64,000 bases of DNA from Candidatus Pullichristensenella excrementipullorum. Lineage in GTDB: Bacteria > Bacillota > Clostridia > Christensenellales > Aristaeellaceae. How positions within the stretch are numbered: position 1 is the first letter of the stretch; each line of letters opens with the position of its first letter. Where the stretch lies: assembly GCA_018713365.1 (NCBI GenBank), contig DVOU01000025.1, forward strand, positions 34,309-98,308, read 5' to 3'. Shown here piece by piece: positions 40,286 to 48,795 of the stretch. A program made the translations under genes and the position numbers. The notes under the pieces were generated by a model. It was not told the DNA's origin. It searched no databases and saw only the letters and a program-made list of their open reading frames with translations.

Positions 40286-41869
40286 TTATCCCTCCTCCCC
40301 CATCGCCAGACGCTCGGCGCATTTTACGCCGTCCACCGCCGCGGAGAGGATGCCGCCGGCGTAGCCCGCACCCTCGCCGCAGGGGTAGAGGCCGCGCACG
40401 GCGCTCTGGCCGCTTTGGTCGCGCTCGATGCGCACGGGCGAACTGGAGCGCGTCTCCGGGCCGGTGAGCAGCGCGCCCGCGTGGGCAAAGCCCTTCAGGC
40501 GGCGGTCGAAGAGGCGGATGGCCTCGCGCATGTCGCGCACGGCGTAGCCGGGAAGGCACCCGGCAAGGTCGGTGTAGGCGACGCCGGGGCGATAGGTGGG
40601 CGCGACGTCGCCCGCGCCCGTCGAGGCGACGCCCTGCAGAAAGTCGCCGACGCGCTGGGCCGGGGCGCGGTAGTTTTCGCCCGCCAGTCGGAACGCCCTT
40701 TGCTCCCATTCCCGCTGAAAGCGCACGCCGGCGAGCGGGTCGTCGCCGGGGAAATCCGCGGGCGAGACGGCGATGAGCAGGGCGCTGTTGGCGTTTTCGC
40801 CATCGCGGGCAAAGGGACTCATGCCGTTGGTGACCACGCCGCCCACTTCCGAGGCCGCCGCCACCACCGTGCCGCCGGGACACATGCAGAACGTGTAGGC
40901 GGCGCGGCCGTCGGGCAGGTGGACGCTGAGGCGATATTCCGCCGCCGGAAGGGCCGGGTGTCCGGCGCACTTGCCGTACTGGGCAAGATCGACGAGCGCC
41001 TGCGGATGCTCGATGCGCGCGCCGATGGAAAACGGCTTGGGCGACATGGGAACGCCGAGCTTGTGCAGCATGGCGAAAGTATCGCGGGCGCTGTGGCCGA
41101 CGGCGAGGATGACGTTCTCCGTCTCCACCTCCATGGTTTCGCCTCCGCGCACGCAGGTCGCACCGCGCACGCGGCCATTTTCGACCAGCAGGCCGGTCAG
41201 CCGCGTCTCAAAGAACACTTCCCCGCCCAGGCGCACGATCTCCTGGCGGATGGCGCGCACCACGGCGGGCAGGCGGTCCGTGCCCACGTGCGGGCGCGCT
41301 TCCCAGAGGATCTCCTCCGGCGCGCCGAAGCGGGCCAGCGTTTCCAGCACTTCGCGGCAGTGGGCGTCCTTGATGCCGGAATTGAGCTTGCCATCGGAAA
41401 AGGCGCCCGCGCCGCCCTCGCCGAACTGTACGTTGCTCTCCGGGTCGAGCGCGGCGCCGTTCCAGAAGGCGTTTACGTCCCGCGCGCGCTCGTCCACGCT
41501 CTTGCCGCGCTCGATGACCAGCGGTGCAAGGCCCATGCGCGCAAGCGTCAGCGCCGCGAACAGCCCCGCCGGGCCGAGGCCGACCACCAGCGGTCGATGG
41601 GCAAGGGCGCGCGGCGTGGGCAGGGCGCGCGGCGTGGGCGGGGAAAGCTGTTCGCAGCCTTTGGGCAGCGAACGGAGCGGGCGCTTTGTCTCCACATCAA
41701 GGGTGAGGACGAAGCGTATGTCGCCCTTGTCGCGCGCGTCCACCGAGCGTTTGCGCAGGTGGACGGCGGATATGTCGTTCGGGGAACAGCGAAGCGCCCT
41801 CGCGGCATGCGCGGCGAGGGGCGTTTTTTCATAGCCAAGCGGCAGTTTGAGCTGCGATATGCGTATCAT
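40286..41869 (-). CDS. NAD(P)/FAD-dependent oxidoreductase (COG2509-like FAD-dependent protein)
   Basis: 527 aa from the ATG at 41869, overlapping the upstream stop (ATGA). MIRISQLKLPLGYE.. is an N-terminal ferredoxin-like segment. A dinucleotide fold VVGLGPAGLFAALTLA and a C-terminal PCGEGAGYAGGI are present. The longer track ORF is an Arg/Pro-rich shadow extension. Confidence 0.7.
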   Translation of the reverse strand: MIRISQLKLPLGYEKTPLAAHAARALRCSPNDISAVHLRKRSVDARDKGDIRFVLTLDVETKRPLRSLPKGCEQLSPPTPRALPTPRALAHRPLVVGLGPAGLFAALTLARMGLAPLVIERGKSVDERARDVNAFWNGAALDPESNVQFGEGGAGAFSDGKLNSGIKDAHCREVLETLARFGAPEEILWEARPHVGTDRLPAVVRAIRQEIVRLGGEVFFETRLTGLLVENGRVRGATCVRGGETMEVETENVILAVGHSARDTFAMLHKLGVPMSPKPFSIGARIEHPQALVDLAQYGKCAGHPALPAAEYRLSVHLPDGRAAYTFCMCPGGTVVAAASEVGGVVTNGMSPFARDGENANSALLIAVSPADFPGDDPLAGVRFQREWEQRAFRLAGENYRAPAQRVGDFLQGVASTGAGDVAPTYRPGVAYTDLAGCLPGYAVRDMREAIRLFDRRLKGFAHAGALLTGPETRSSSPVRIERDQSGQSAVRGLYPCGEGAGYAGGILSAAVDGVKCAERLAMGEEG

Positions 41870-43032
41870 GCCTTGAGCCTTTCGTTCATCGCTTGGGCGG
41901 CGAGCAGCGCCGAGGCCCACGCCCATTGCAGGTTGTAGCCCCCGCAGGGGCCGTCCACATCCAGTATTTCCCCGGCGGCGTAGAGGCCGGGCACGCGGCG
42001 GGATCCGAGCGTTTGCGGGTCGAAGAGCGCGCCTTCGAGGCCGCCCGCCGTCACCTGCGCCTGCTTGAGATCGCGCGCGCCGCGCACTGGGAGCGTCCAG
42101 CCGGTGAGGGCGGTCTCCAGCGCCTGTATCTCCGCCTCTGTCAACTCCGCCGCCGATTTGGCAAGCGGTATGCCGGCGCTTTTGACCAGCACCTGCCCCA
42201 CGCGCCGGGGGACGATGCCGTTTAAGAAGTCCTCCATGCGCCGCGCGGGCAGCAGGCGGGCGCGCTCGGCAAGGGCCGGGCGCTCGCCGCAGAGAAAGTC
42301 CACTTCCAGCAGCGCGCCGGGGCGGGCGAAGCGCGAAAGCTGCATGGCGGCGATGCCGGAGACGCCGTATTCGGTAAAGAGTATCTCCCCGCGCTCGCGG
42401 CGGCCCTCCATGGTGAGGACGCACTGGGCGCGCAGGCCCTTGAGGGCGGGGACAGGCTCGGTCTCCAGCGGCGAAAGCGCCGGGAAACGGCGGGTGAAGC
42501 GGTGGCCGAGCGCCTTGACAAAGGGTGCGTCCGCCGCCCCCAGCGAGGGCGCGGCAAGCCCGCCCGTGGCCAGCAGCGCGCAGCGGCCCGCGGCGGTGCG
42601 GCCGTCCTCCGCCGTGGCGACAAGCTCCCGGGAGAGGGAACGCACGCGAAAGCCGGTCACTTCCTCGCCCCCGGCCTCGGCAAAGGAAAGGCGCAAAGCG
42701 TCCAGCACGGAGGCGGCCATGTTGCTGGCCGGATAGGCGCGGCCCTCCGCGTCCACGCGCGCCGGTATGCCGAGGGAAGAAAAGAACTCCAGCACCTTTG
42801 GGGGCGGGAAGGCGGCGAGGGCGGGCGCGGCAAGGGCGGCGTCGCCGAAGTAGTCCTTCGCGGAGGCGTTTATGTTGGTGAAATTGCAGCGGCCATTGCC
42901 GGTGGAGAGCAGCTTGCGCCCCACGCGCGGCTGCGCTTCGAGGATGGCGGTGCGCCAGCCCGCGCGCGCAAGCGACACGCCCGCCGCCAGACCGGACGCG
43001 CCGCCGCCTATGATGATGGCGTCGTACCTCAC
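41866..43032 (-). CDS. HI0933/BaiN-family NAD(P)/FAD-dependent oxidoreductase
   Basis: 388 aa. MRYDAIIIGGGASGLAAG..STGNGRCNFTN and a C-terminal GLYAAGEILDVDGPCGGYNLQWAWASA are hallmarks of this flavoprotein family. Confidence 0.8.
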   Translation of the reverse strand: MRYDAIIIGGGASGLAAGVSLARAGWRTAILEAQPRVGRKLLSTGNGRCNFTNINASAKDYFGDAALAAPALAAFPPPKVLEFFSSLGIPARVDAEGRAYPASNMAASVLDALRLSFAEAGGEEVTGFRVRSLSRELVATAEDGRTAAGRCALLATGGLAAPSLGAADAPFVKALGHRFTRRFPALSPLETEPVPALKGLRAQCVLTMEGRRERGEILFTEYGVSGIAAMQLSRFARPGALLEVDFLCGERPALAERARLLPARRMEDFLNGIVPRRVGQVLVKSAGIPLAKSAAELTEAEIQALETALTGWTLPVRGARDLKQAQVTAGGLEGALFDPQTLGSRRVPGLYAAGEILDVDGPCGGYNLQWAWASALLAAQAMNERLKA

Positions 43033-45170
43033 AGCACGATCCCCAGCTTTTTGAGCATCTCCTTGTCGGCCAGCAGCGTGGCCGCGTGCAGGGCGCGCGA
43101 GCAGGCGGTGTAGAGGCGGCGGCGCTCGTCGTCGGTCAGCTCCGCGTCCGGCCAGGCGACGATCACCGCGTCGAACTCCAGGCCCTTCATCAGGTGATAG
43201 CAGCCGACCACGGTATCGCCGTTTTCATACTGCCAGTCGTCCTCGCCGCCATCGAAGCGGTAGACGTTGGGCAGCTTTTCACAGAGCTTTTCCGCGCCCT
43301 TCTGCGTGCGGGTGATGACGGCGATGGAGCGGTAGCCCGCCTCGCGGAAACCCTCGAGCGTTTTCTGCACGGTTTCGAGGCTGTACGGGGCCACCACGGG
43401 CATGTCGCCCTCGCGGCCAAAGGGCTTTAAGCGCTCCGCGTCCGGAAGGATGGCGTTGCAGAGGCGGGCGATGGGCAGCGTGGAGCGGTAACAACGGCTC
43501 AGGGACAGCACCTTCGCCTCCGGCTCGCCGAAACAGTCGCCCCAGTTGGCCGGTTCGCAGGCGTCCATGCCCGGACAGGTGCGCTGCATGGGGTCGCCCA
43601 GAAGCGTCACATGGGCGTTGGGATGATAGAGCGAGAGCAGCGAGAGCGCCGTTTCGGAATAGTCCTGCGCTTCGTCCACCAGCAGGTGGTAGATGCTCTT
43701 GTCCGGCGCGGCGAAGCCAAGGCGCACCATCAGCCACGCCTCGGCCACGGCGTCCTCCCACCAGGTGAGGCCGGCTTCGCAGTTTTCCTTATAGAGGTCG
43801 CGTAGCTCTCTGGGCGCGTCGCGCATAACTTCGGTGAGCAGGCGCTGCCCCTTGATCTCCAGCATGGAGCGCAGCTGGGCGCGCACGGGCTGGAGGCGCT
43901 GGGAGACGGCCATCTTGCTGACAAAGGTCAGTTCGCGGCCCTGATAGTGGCCCTCGAACTGCTTTTCGTACTGCTTGTAGAGGCTGCTCTCCCAGCTGGC
44001 CATGCGCGTTTCCAGCGTGGCGCGCACGCGCTCCAGGCGCTGGGCCGGGGTGAGCAGTTTGAACTCGTCCTTGTACATGCGCCGCAGTTCCTCGCGGCGG
44101 ATGAGGGGCTTGCCGTCCAGCCATACGTTGGCAAAATTGGGGCCAAAGGTGGCAAACGATTCGGCGCACTTGCGCAATTCCTGCAAAAACGCCTTGCCGC
44201 TCTTGAAGCGCACGGAGTTCAGGCGCATCTCGTCGGGCTGTTCGAGCAGCTTTTCCGTCTGCTTGAGCGGCGATTCGACCTTTTTGCCGAGAATGTCCTC
44301 GACGACCTCCCGCAAGGTACGCGAACGTATGTTCTCTTCGCCGAGATCGGGCAGCACGGCGGATATGTACTCCGAAAAGGCGCTGCCGGGGGAAAGGATC
44401 TGTATGCGGCGGGCGTCGAGCGTGTCGCGCTGGCGGTACATGAGGAAGGCGGCGCGGTGCATGGCGATGGAGGTCTTGCCCGAGCCGGCCCCGCCCACCA
44501 CGCACAGCACCCGCGCGTTCTTATAGCGGATGGCGGCGGACTGCTCCGCCTGTATGGTGGAGACCACCTGACGCATGTGGCGGCTGGTGGCCTGGGAGAG
44601 CAGGTCGAGGAGGATGCCGTCGTCTATGTTGAGCTGGGTATCGACATAGTATTTGAGGCGGCCGTTCTCCATGCGGTACTGGCGCTTGAGCGTCATTTCG
44701 CCGCGTATCTCGCCGGAGGGGCTGTCGTAGCGGCAGGGGCCGGGCATGGAATCATAATACAGCGAGCAGACCGGCGCGCGCCAGTCGTGTACCAGCATCT
44801 CGTCATCCTTGCCGCGCAGGCTGTACAGGCCGATGACGATCTTCTCCGGCGCATTTTCGCCCGCCTCGGCAAAATCGACGCGCGCGAAAAACGGCGCCAT
44901 CAGCATGCGCTTGTAGCGCGCGGCGAGGTCGTCGGTGAACGACTTGCGCACAAGGTAGCGGTCCACCTCGGCGGAGAGCTGTTCAAGGTCCTGCGGCGAG
45001 AGCGCGGTGGGCTTCATGCGCAGCTCATCCCAGGCGTCGGCCACGATCATATGCACGGCCTCGGCGTGGTCGGCGGAGATGCTCGTGGACTGCTCGATGA
45101 CGGAGAGCAGGAGCTGCTGCACGCGCTGCGTGTATTCCTGTTCGGCGCGAAGCACCTGTGGATCGTTCAC
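43029..45170 (-). CDS. helD: HelD-type UvrD-like helicase (RNA polymerase recycling factor / helicase IV)
   Basis: 713 aa from the GTG at 45170 (RBS GGGAGGGA). It has an N-terminal HelD-specific region (FFARVDFAE..VHDWRAPVCSLYY), a Walker A VVGGAGSGKTSIAMHRAAFL, LLVDEAQDYS, and a C-terminal KGLEFDAVIV. Confidence 0.85.
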   Translation of the reverse strand: MNDPQVLRAEQEYTQRVQQLLLSVIEQSTSISADHAEAVHMIVADAWDELRMKPTALSPQDLEQLSAEVDRYLVRKSFTDDLAARYKRMLMAPFFARVDFAEAGENAPEKIVIGLYSLRGKDDEMLVHDWRAPVCSLYYDSMPGPCRYDSPSGEIRGEMTLKRQYRMENGRLKYYVDTQLNIDDGILLDLLSQATSRHMRQVVSTIQAEQSAAIRYKNARVLCVVGGAGSGKTSIAMHRAAFLMYRQRDTLDARRIQILSPGSAFSEYISAVLPDLGEENIRSRTLREVVEDILGKKVESPLKQTEKLLEQPDEMRLNSVRFKSGKAFLQELRKCAESFATFGPNFANVWLDGKPLIRREELRRMYKDEFKLLTPAQRLERVRATLETRMASWESSLYKQYEKQFEGHYQGRELTFVSKMAVSQRLQPVRAQLRSMLEIKGQRLLTEVMRDAPRELRDLYKENCEAGLTWWEDAVAEAWLMVRLGFAAPDKSIYHLLVDEAQDYSETALSLLSLYHPNAHVTLLGDPMQRTCPGMDACEPANWGDCFGEPEAKVLSLSRCYRSTLPIARLCNAILPDAERLKPFGREGDMPVVAPYSLETVQKTLEGFREAGYRSIAVITRTQKGAEKLCEKLPNVYRFDGGEDDWQYENGDTVVGCYHLMKGLEFDAVIVAWPDAELTDDERRRLYTACSRALHAATLLADKEMLKKLGIVL

Positions 45171-45213
45171 GTTCGTCCCTCCCTTGACTGGCGAAAAGAA
45201 GCCGCCATTTTCA

Positions 45214-46356
45214 TTATAACATATCCCGGCGCGAATTGCAAAACGCTTCCTTCCAAACGGGGAAAAAGGCCGCCAGAGAGGCAAAGCACACCAGCGCGCA
45301 GGCGATGAAGCCGCCCGCCTCCCCGAACGCGCGCGCCGCCGCGCCGCCCAGCCAGCTTCCAAGGACGCGGGCAAGGCCATAGCAGAAGACGTTCAAAAGC
45401 GCCTGCCCCGAGGCGCGCGCCTCCCTCGCCACCGCGCTTTGGATGTAGAGGGCCATGCTCAGGGAAATGGCGATGTAGCCAAGGCCGTGCAAGAGCTGCG
45501 CGGCAAACAGCGCCCAAACGCTTTCGCCCAGCCCCGTCAAAAGCCAGCGCGCACAGAGCGCCAGCGTGGCGACGGCCACCGTGCCCGCCGCGCCCCAGCG
45601 CCGGAAGACGCGGTCGCCCACGAGCAGGAAGGGCACCTCTGCCAGCGCGGAGATGAGATTCGCCCAGCCCAGAAGCGCGCCCGTCGCCCCGGGAAGTTCG
45701 AGAAAGCGCGTGGGGAAAAAGGCGTAGAAGTAGCCCATCGTCGCCTGCGCGGGCAGGACGAAGAGGAGCAGGCAAAGAAGCCTCCGGTTCTTGAGCAGGC
45801 GCAGGGGGCGCACCTTTTCGCGCGGGCGCTTCTCTCCGCCGAGCAGGAAGGAGGCAAGGAGCGCGAAAAGCATCAGCGCCGCCGCCGAGAGCGCCACCAG
45901 TTCCTCCCGCCCAGAGGCGTCGAGGAAAAAGCCGAAGACGAGCGCCGAGGCGGCAAAGGCCAGCGCGCCCATCAGCCGCGCGGGGCCGAAGGGCTTGCCT
46001 TCGCGCGAAAGGCGTTCCAGCGCGAGGGCGTCGCCGATGGGCTGCACCGGCGTATAGACAAAGCCGAACAGGGCCGCCAGCGCAAACAGGGCGAAGCGGC
46101 CGCGGGCGAAGGTCTGCAAAACGAGCAGCGCCGAGGATAAAAGCAGCAGCGCGCGCAGCACGCGGCCCGGAACGCGGGCGCGGTCCGCCGCCGCGCCGAA
46201 GAGCAATTGCCCGGGGATGGAGGCCGCCGCCGCGAGCGCGCAGAGCGCGCCAAGGCCCGCCGCGTCCAGCCCCCGCGCGCGGTAAAAGAGGCTGATGTAG
46301 CTCTGATAGACCGCCTGCGCGAGGAAATAGGCGGCCATGTACGCCTTGACGCGCAT
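45214..46356 (-). CDS. MFS transporter
   Basis: 380 aa with about 12 hydrophobic helices. A D-R-x-G-R-like loop (GAAADRARVPGR) is present. The overlapping 45167..46378 track ORF is the wrong frame. Confidence 0.75.
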   Translation of the reverse strand: MRVKAYMAAYFLAQAVYQSYISLFYRARGLDAAGLGALCALAAAASIPGQLLFGAAADRARVPGRVLRALLLLSSALLVLQTFARGRFALFALAALFGFVYTPVQPIGDALALERLSREGKPFGPARLMGALAFAASALVFGFFLDASGREELVALSAAALMLFALLASFLLGGEKRPREKVRPLRLLKNRRLLCLLLFVLPAQATMGYFYAFFPTRFLELPGATGALLGWANLISALAEVPFLLVGDRVFRRWGAAGTVAVATLALCARWLLTGLGESVWALFAAQLLHGLGYIAISLSMALYIQSAVAREARASGQALLNVFCYGLARVLGSWLGGAAARAFGEAGGFIACALVCFASLAAFFPVWKEAFCNSRRDML

Positions 46357-46378
46357 ACAGTCCTCCTTCCCAAAGCAC

Positions 46379-46404
46379 GGGCGGGGAAGTTCTCTCCCCC
46401 GCCT
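46379..46404. repeat. GC hairpin, copy 1 of a near-identical pair flanking the spoIIP/MFS spacer
   Basis: GGGCGGGGAAGTTCTCTCCCCCGCC differs at 2 positions from the copy at 46497-46524. Confidence 0.75.
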
Positions 46405-46410
46405 TTGGTT

Positions 46411-46450
46411 GTTGACAAAGTGGGCAAATGGACAGAGCGTCGAGAAAGCC
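46411..46450 (+). repeat. conserved ~40 nt non-coding core, copy B
   Basis: GTTGACAAAGTGGGCAAATGGACAGAGCGTCGAGAAAGCC matches the minus strand of 10092-10131. Confidence 0.7.
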
Positions 46451-46496
46451 CGAATAGCAACAGTCCCTGCTGATTTTAGAATATCAGGGGGGCTTT

Positions 46497-46524
46497 GGGG
46501 CGGGGAAGTTTCCTCCCCCGCCCC
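46497..46524. repeat. GC hairpin, copy 2
   Basis: GGGGCGGGGAAGTTTCCTCCCCCGCCCC lies directly downstream of the spoIIP stop. Confidence 0.75.
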
Positions 46525-46527
46525 GGT

Positions 46528-47601
46528 TCAGCGTTCCTTGCTGCCCCTGTCGGGCTTTTTGCCCACCGCGCCGGCGGTCATTTCGCTGCCGGTGCGCCTG
46601 ATCCTGTTCCAGATGGCGGAAAGGCGGCCGGTGGAGGCCAGCGCATAGATGACGGCGATGACGACCACCGCGCCGATGACCCAGAAAACGCCCGAGGCCA
46701 CGCCGCTTGGCTCCGCGCTCTCCTCGGCCACGGCGCTCTCGCCGTAGAGGACTTCGGCGATGACGTCGGCGATGTAGTCCGTCGAGGCCATGACCTTGTC
46801 CTTCTCGATCTCGTGCGTGCCCATCTCCAGCAGCAGCGCGCGGGGGTAGAGTTCCTGATTGTAGTTGCCCTTGCCGATATAGATGTCCTTGACAAGGCCG
46901 GGGTATTCCTCGTCGGCCACGGCCTTGATCTGCTGGGCGAAGGCGCGGTTCTCGTCGCCGTTGGGGTTGGAGCGGCCGACGAACAGGCGCACCTTGCTCA
47001 CGTCCTCGCCCTCCACCTCCGTCTCATACTGCTCGGCGGGGATGGCGTCGCGGTGGATGTCGAGCAGGGCGTCGGGGCCGTCCTTGAGCAGTTCTTCCGC
47101 CGTGCGGCGCGAGCGGCGGTAGGCGCCGGCGTCGTGGGGGTGGAAGGTCTCCCTGGAGTAGACCACCTCGATGCCGCGCTCCTCAAAGCTCTTGGCCAGC
47201 GCCTCGCCCACGTCGTAGATGCCGGCATCCTCCAACTTGGAGGATTCGCCGTCCGAGGGTACGTAGCTCTCGTCGGAGTGGGTGGAATACATGGCGATCT
47301 TCTTTTCCGGCTCGGCGGCGGCGATCAGCGAGGCGAAGGCCGTCGCCGAGGCGCCGTCCAGCGTGGCGGGGCCGATGTACTCGGCGCGGGCGGTGCGCGC
47401 TGAATCGTCCACGGAGGCGACGCGGTAGAGGCGGTCGTCGCCGGAGATGTACTCGTCGCCGACGTACATGCGGCCCGCGCGCATGGTCAGTTCATTGCCC
47501 TGCGCGTCGTAAAGGGTGTATACGCTCTCGCCGTCCATCTCCGCCCGCGCGGGGACGGCAAGGGCGATGAGCGCGACGACCAGTATCCACAAACGCTTCA
47601 T
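46528..47601 (-). CDS. spoIIP: stage II sporulation protein P (engulfment amidase/endopeptidase)
   Basis: 357 aa. It has a signal anchor, then KKIAMYSTHSDESYVPSDG...YRRSRRTAEELL...ALLDIHRDA..VRLFVGRSNPN, which matches the SpoIIP family. Confidence 0.85.
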   Translation of the reverse strand: MKRLWILVVALIALAVPARAEMDGESVYTLYDAQGNELTMRAGRMYVGDEYISGDDRLYRVASVDDSARTARAEYIGPATLDGASATAFASLIAAAEPEKKIAMYSTHSDESYVPSDGESSKLEDAGIYDVGEALAKSFEERGIEVVYSRETFHPHDAGAYRRSRRTAEELLKDGPDALLDIHRDAIPAEQYETEVEGEDVSKVRLFVGRSNPNGDENRAFAQQIKAVADEEYPGLVKDIYIGKGNYNQELYPRALLLEMGTHEIEKDKVMASTDYIADVIAEVLYGESAVAEESAEPSGVASGVFWVIGAVVVIAVIYALASTGRLSAIWNRIRRTGSEMTAGAVGKKPDRGSKER

Positions 47602-48266
47602 TTTTCCCGCTCCCTTCGCAGAAATTCGCCGCTCTCGATGCTGTATTCGCGGTCCGGGCCGCGCCTGCCGCGCGCCATGCGCTCGCGCACCTCGCCGATG
47701 AGTTCGCTGAGCAGCACCGCGAGAATGCCGGAGATGACCACCGCGTCGTAAGCCCCCGCGCCGCCGAGGGAAAGCGTCTGGGAAACGCCCTGCGACCAGA
47801 CCTCGATGGAGGCAATGACGTCGGAAATGAGTACGCCCACAACGCCGGCGATGAAGGCCGAACGCCGCGAACGGCCGAACAGACAGGCGATGACGCCGCC
47901 GGCCACGCCGTAGAGGTAGTTGGGGTCGAAGGTGATGGCCTCCGGCTCATCGGCGGTGTAACGGCCGATGATGTAGCAGACCACGCCCGTGACCAGCGAG
48001 GCGGCGATGGCGCGGCCGCGCTCCATCCACGTGCCGGCGCGCACGAACAGGTAGACGCAGAGGATGAGCGGCATCACGCAGCCGCCAAGGTTCACCGTGA
48101 CTTCGCCCCCGAGCGGTATATCCGGCAAAAAGCCCAGCGCGATGATGAGGGCGATGAAGAAAAGCGCCTGCTTGTCCGTGAGGCGCAGGCGGTCCAGAGC
48201 GCGCTGCCCCGCGCCAAAGATCACCAGCAGGCCGGTGACGATGAGTACGATGAGTCCGATGGACAT
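47598..48266 (-). CDS. DUF1614-like integral membrane protein
   Basis: 222 aa polytopic protein. Its stop overlaps the spoIIP start. This family is commonly found upstream of spoIIP in Clostridia. Family call from memory of sequence style. Confidence 0.6.
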   Translation of the reverse strand: MSIGLIVLIVTGLLVIFGAGQRALDRLRLTDKQALFFIALIIALGFLPDIPLGGEVTVNLGGCVMPLILCVYLFVRAGTWMERGRAIAASLVTGVVCYIIGRYTADEPEAITFDPNYLYGVAGGVIACLFGRSRRSAFIAGVVGVLISDVIASIEVWSQGVSQTLSLGGAGAYDAVVISGILAVLLSELIGEVRERMARGRRGPDREYSIESGEFLRREREK

Positions 48267-48349
48267 GAAACATCCCTCCTGCTCTCTATCTTTTCCGCAA
48301 ATGGCGTTTTCAGGCGCGGAGATTTTTGCCAGCGGCGGCGCTTCCGCTC

Positions 48350-48378
48350 TTGCATCGCGGCGAAAAATACGGTAGAAT
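48350..48378 (+). promoter_or_regulatory. sigmaA-type promoter
   Basis: TTGCAT (48350-48355), a 17 nt spacer, then TAGAAT (48373-48378). A second TATAAT lies at 48383-48388. Confidence 0.5.
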
Positions 48379-48386
48379 ATTGTATA

Positions 48387-48770
48387 ATGGCGATAGGGCG
48401 TGTTCGATCGCGGGGCAGTCGCGCGCTATTTGAGGAAAGCTGGGGTGAGACTGTGTCATTCGTGGATGTTGATTTTGCCTATATGCCTCCCGGAAGTTAT
48501 ACTGTTCTGCCGGATGATACGATTTATTTCGACATGAAATATTGCACCGAGGAACAAAAGGCACGCATGCTGCGCGAATGGCCGGCGTACCTTGAGCGCA
48601 TGAAAGAAAAGCATCAAAGCGGCCGATGGGATTCCCGCGACGTTGCTTCCGGCGAGAATGCGCCAAAGGAAAACTGGGAAGCGACCGCCGAACACGCGGA
48701 GGAATTGCTCTTTCCCTGGCTCATAGAGCGGCGCAGGAAAAAGGAAGCGGAGAAATCGCAGGGATCGTGA
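48387..48770 (+). CDS. hypothetical protein (start uncertain)
   Basis: The ORF is 127 aa with a charged C-terminus. The ATG at 48387 lies inside or just after the -10 element, so the mRNA would be leaderless. Otherwise the true start is the in-frame GTG near 48450. Confidence 0.35.
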   Translation: MAIGRVRSRGSRALFEESWGETVSFVDVDFAYMPPGSYTVLPDDTIYFDMKYCTEEQKARMLREWPAYLERMKEKHQSGRWDSRDVASGENAPKENWEATAEHAEELLFPWLIERRRKKEAEKSQGS

Positions 48771-48795
48771 AACTTATCAACGCCAGAGGGGACGG

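Noticed and set aside
40286-42424. Long form (712 aa) of the COG2509-like flavoprotein, and the 307 aa ORF at 40047..40970
   Set aside because: The extra N-terminal ~185 aa are Arg/Pro/Gly-rich and overlap the HI0933-family gene. The ATG at 41869 gives a canonical N-terminus with ATGA coupling. Only the last 78 codons of the 307 aa ORF have an RBS and sensible composition.
45167-46378. 403 aa alternative frame over the MFS gene
   Set aside because: The 45214..46356 frame gives 12 hydrophobic helices typical of MFS. The alternative frame is Arg/Gly/Pro-rich.
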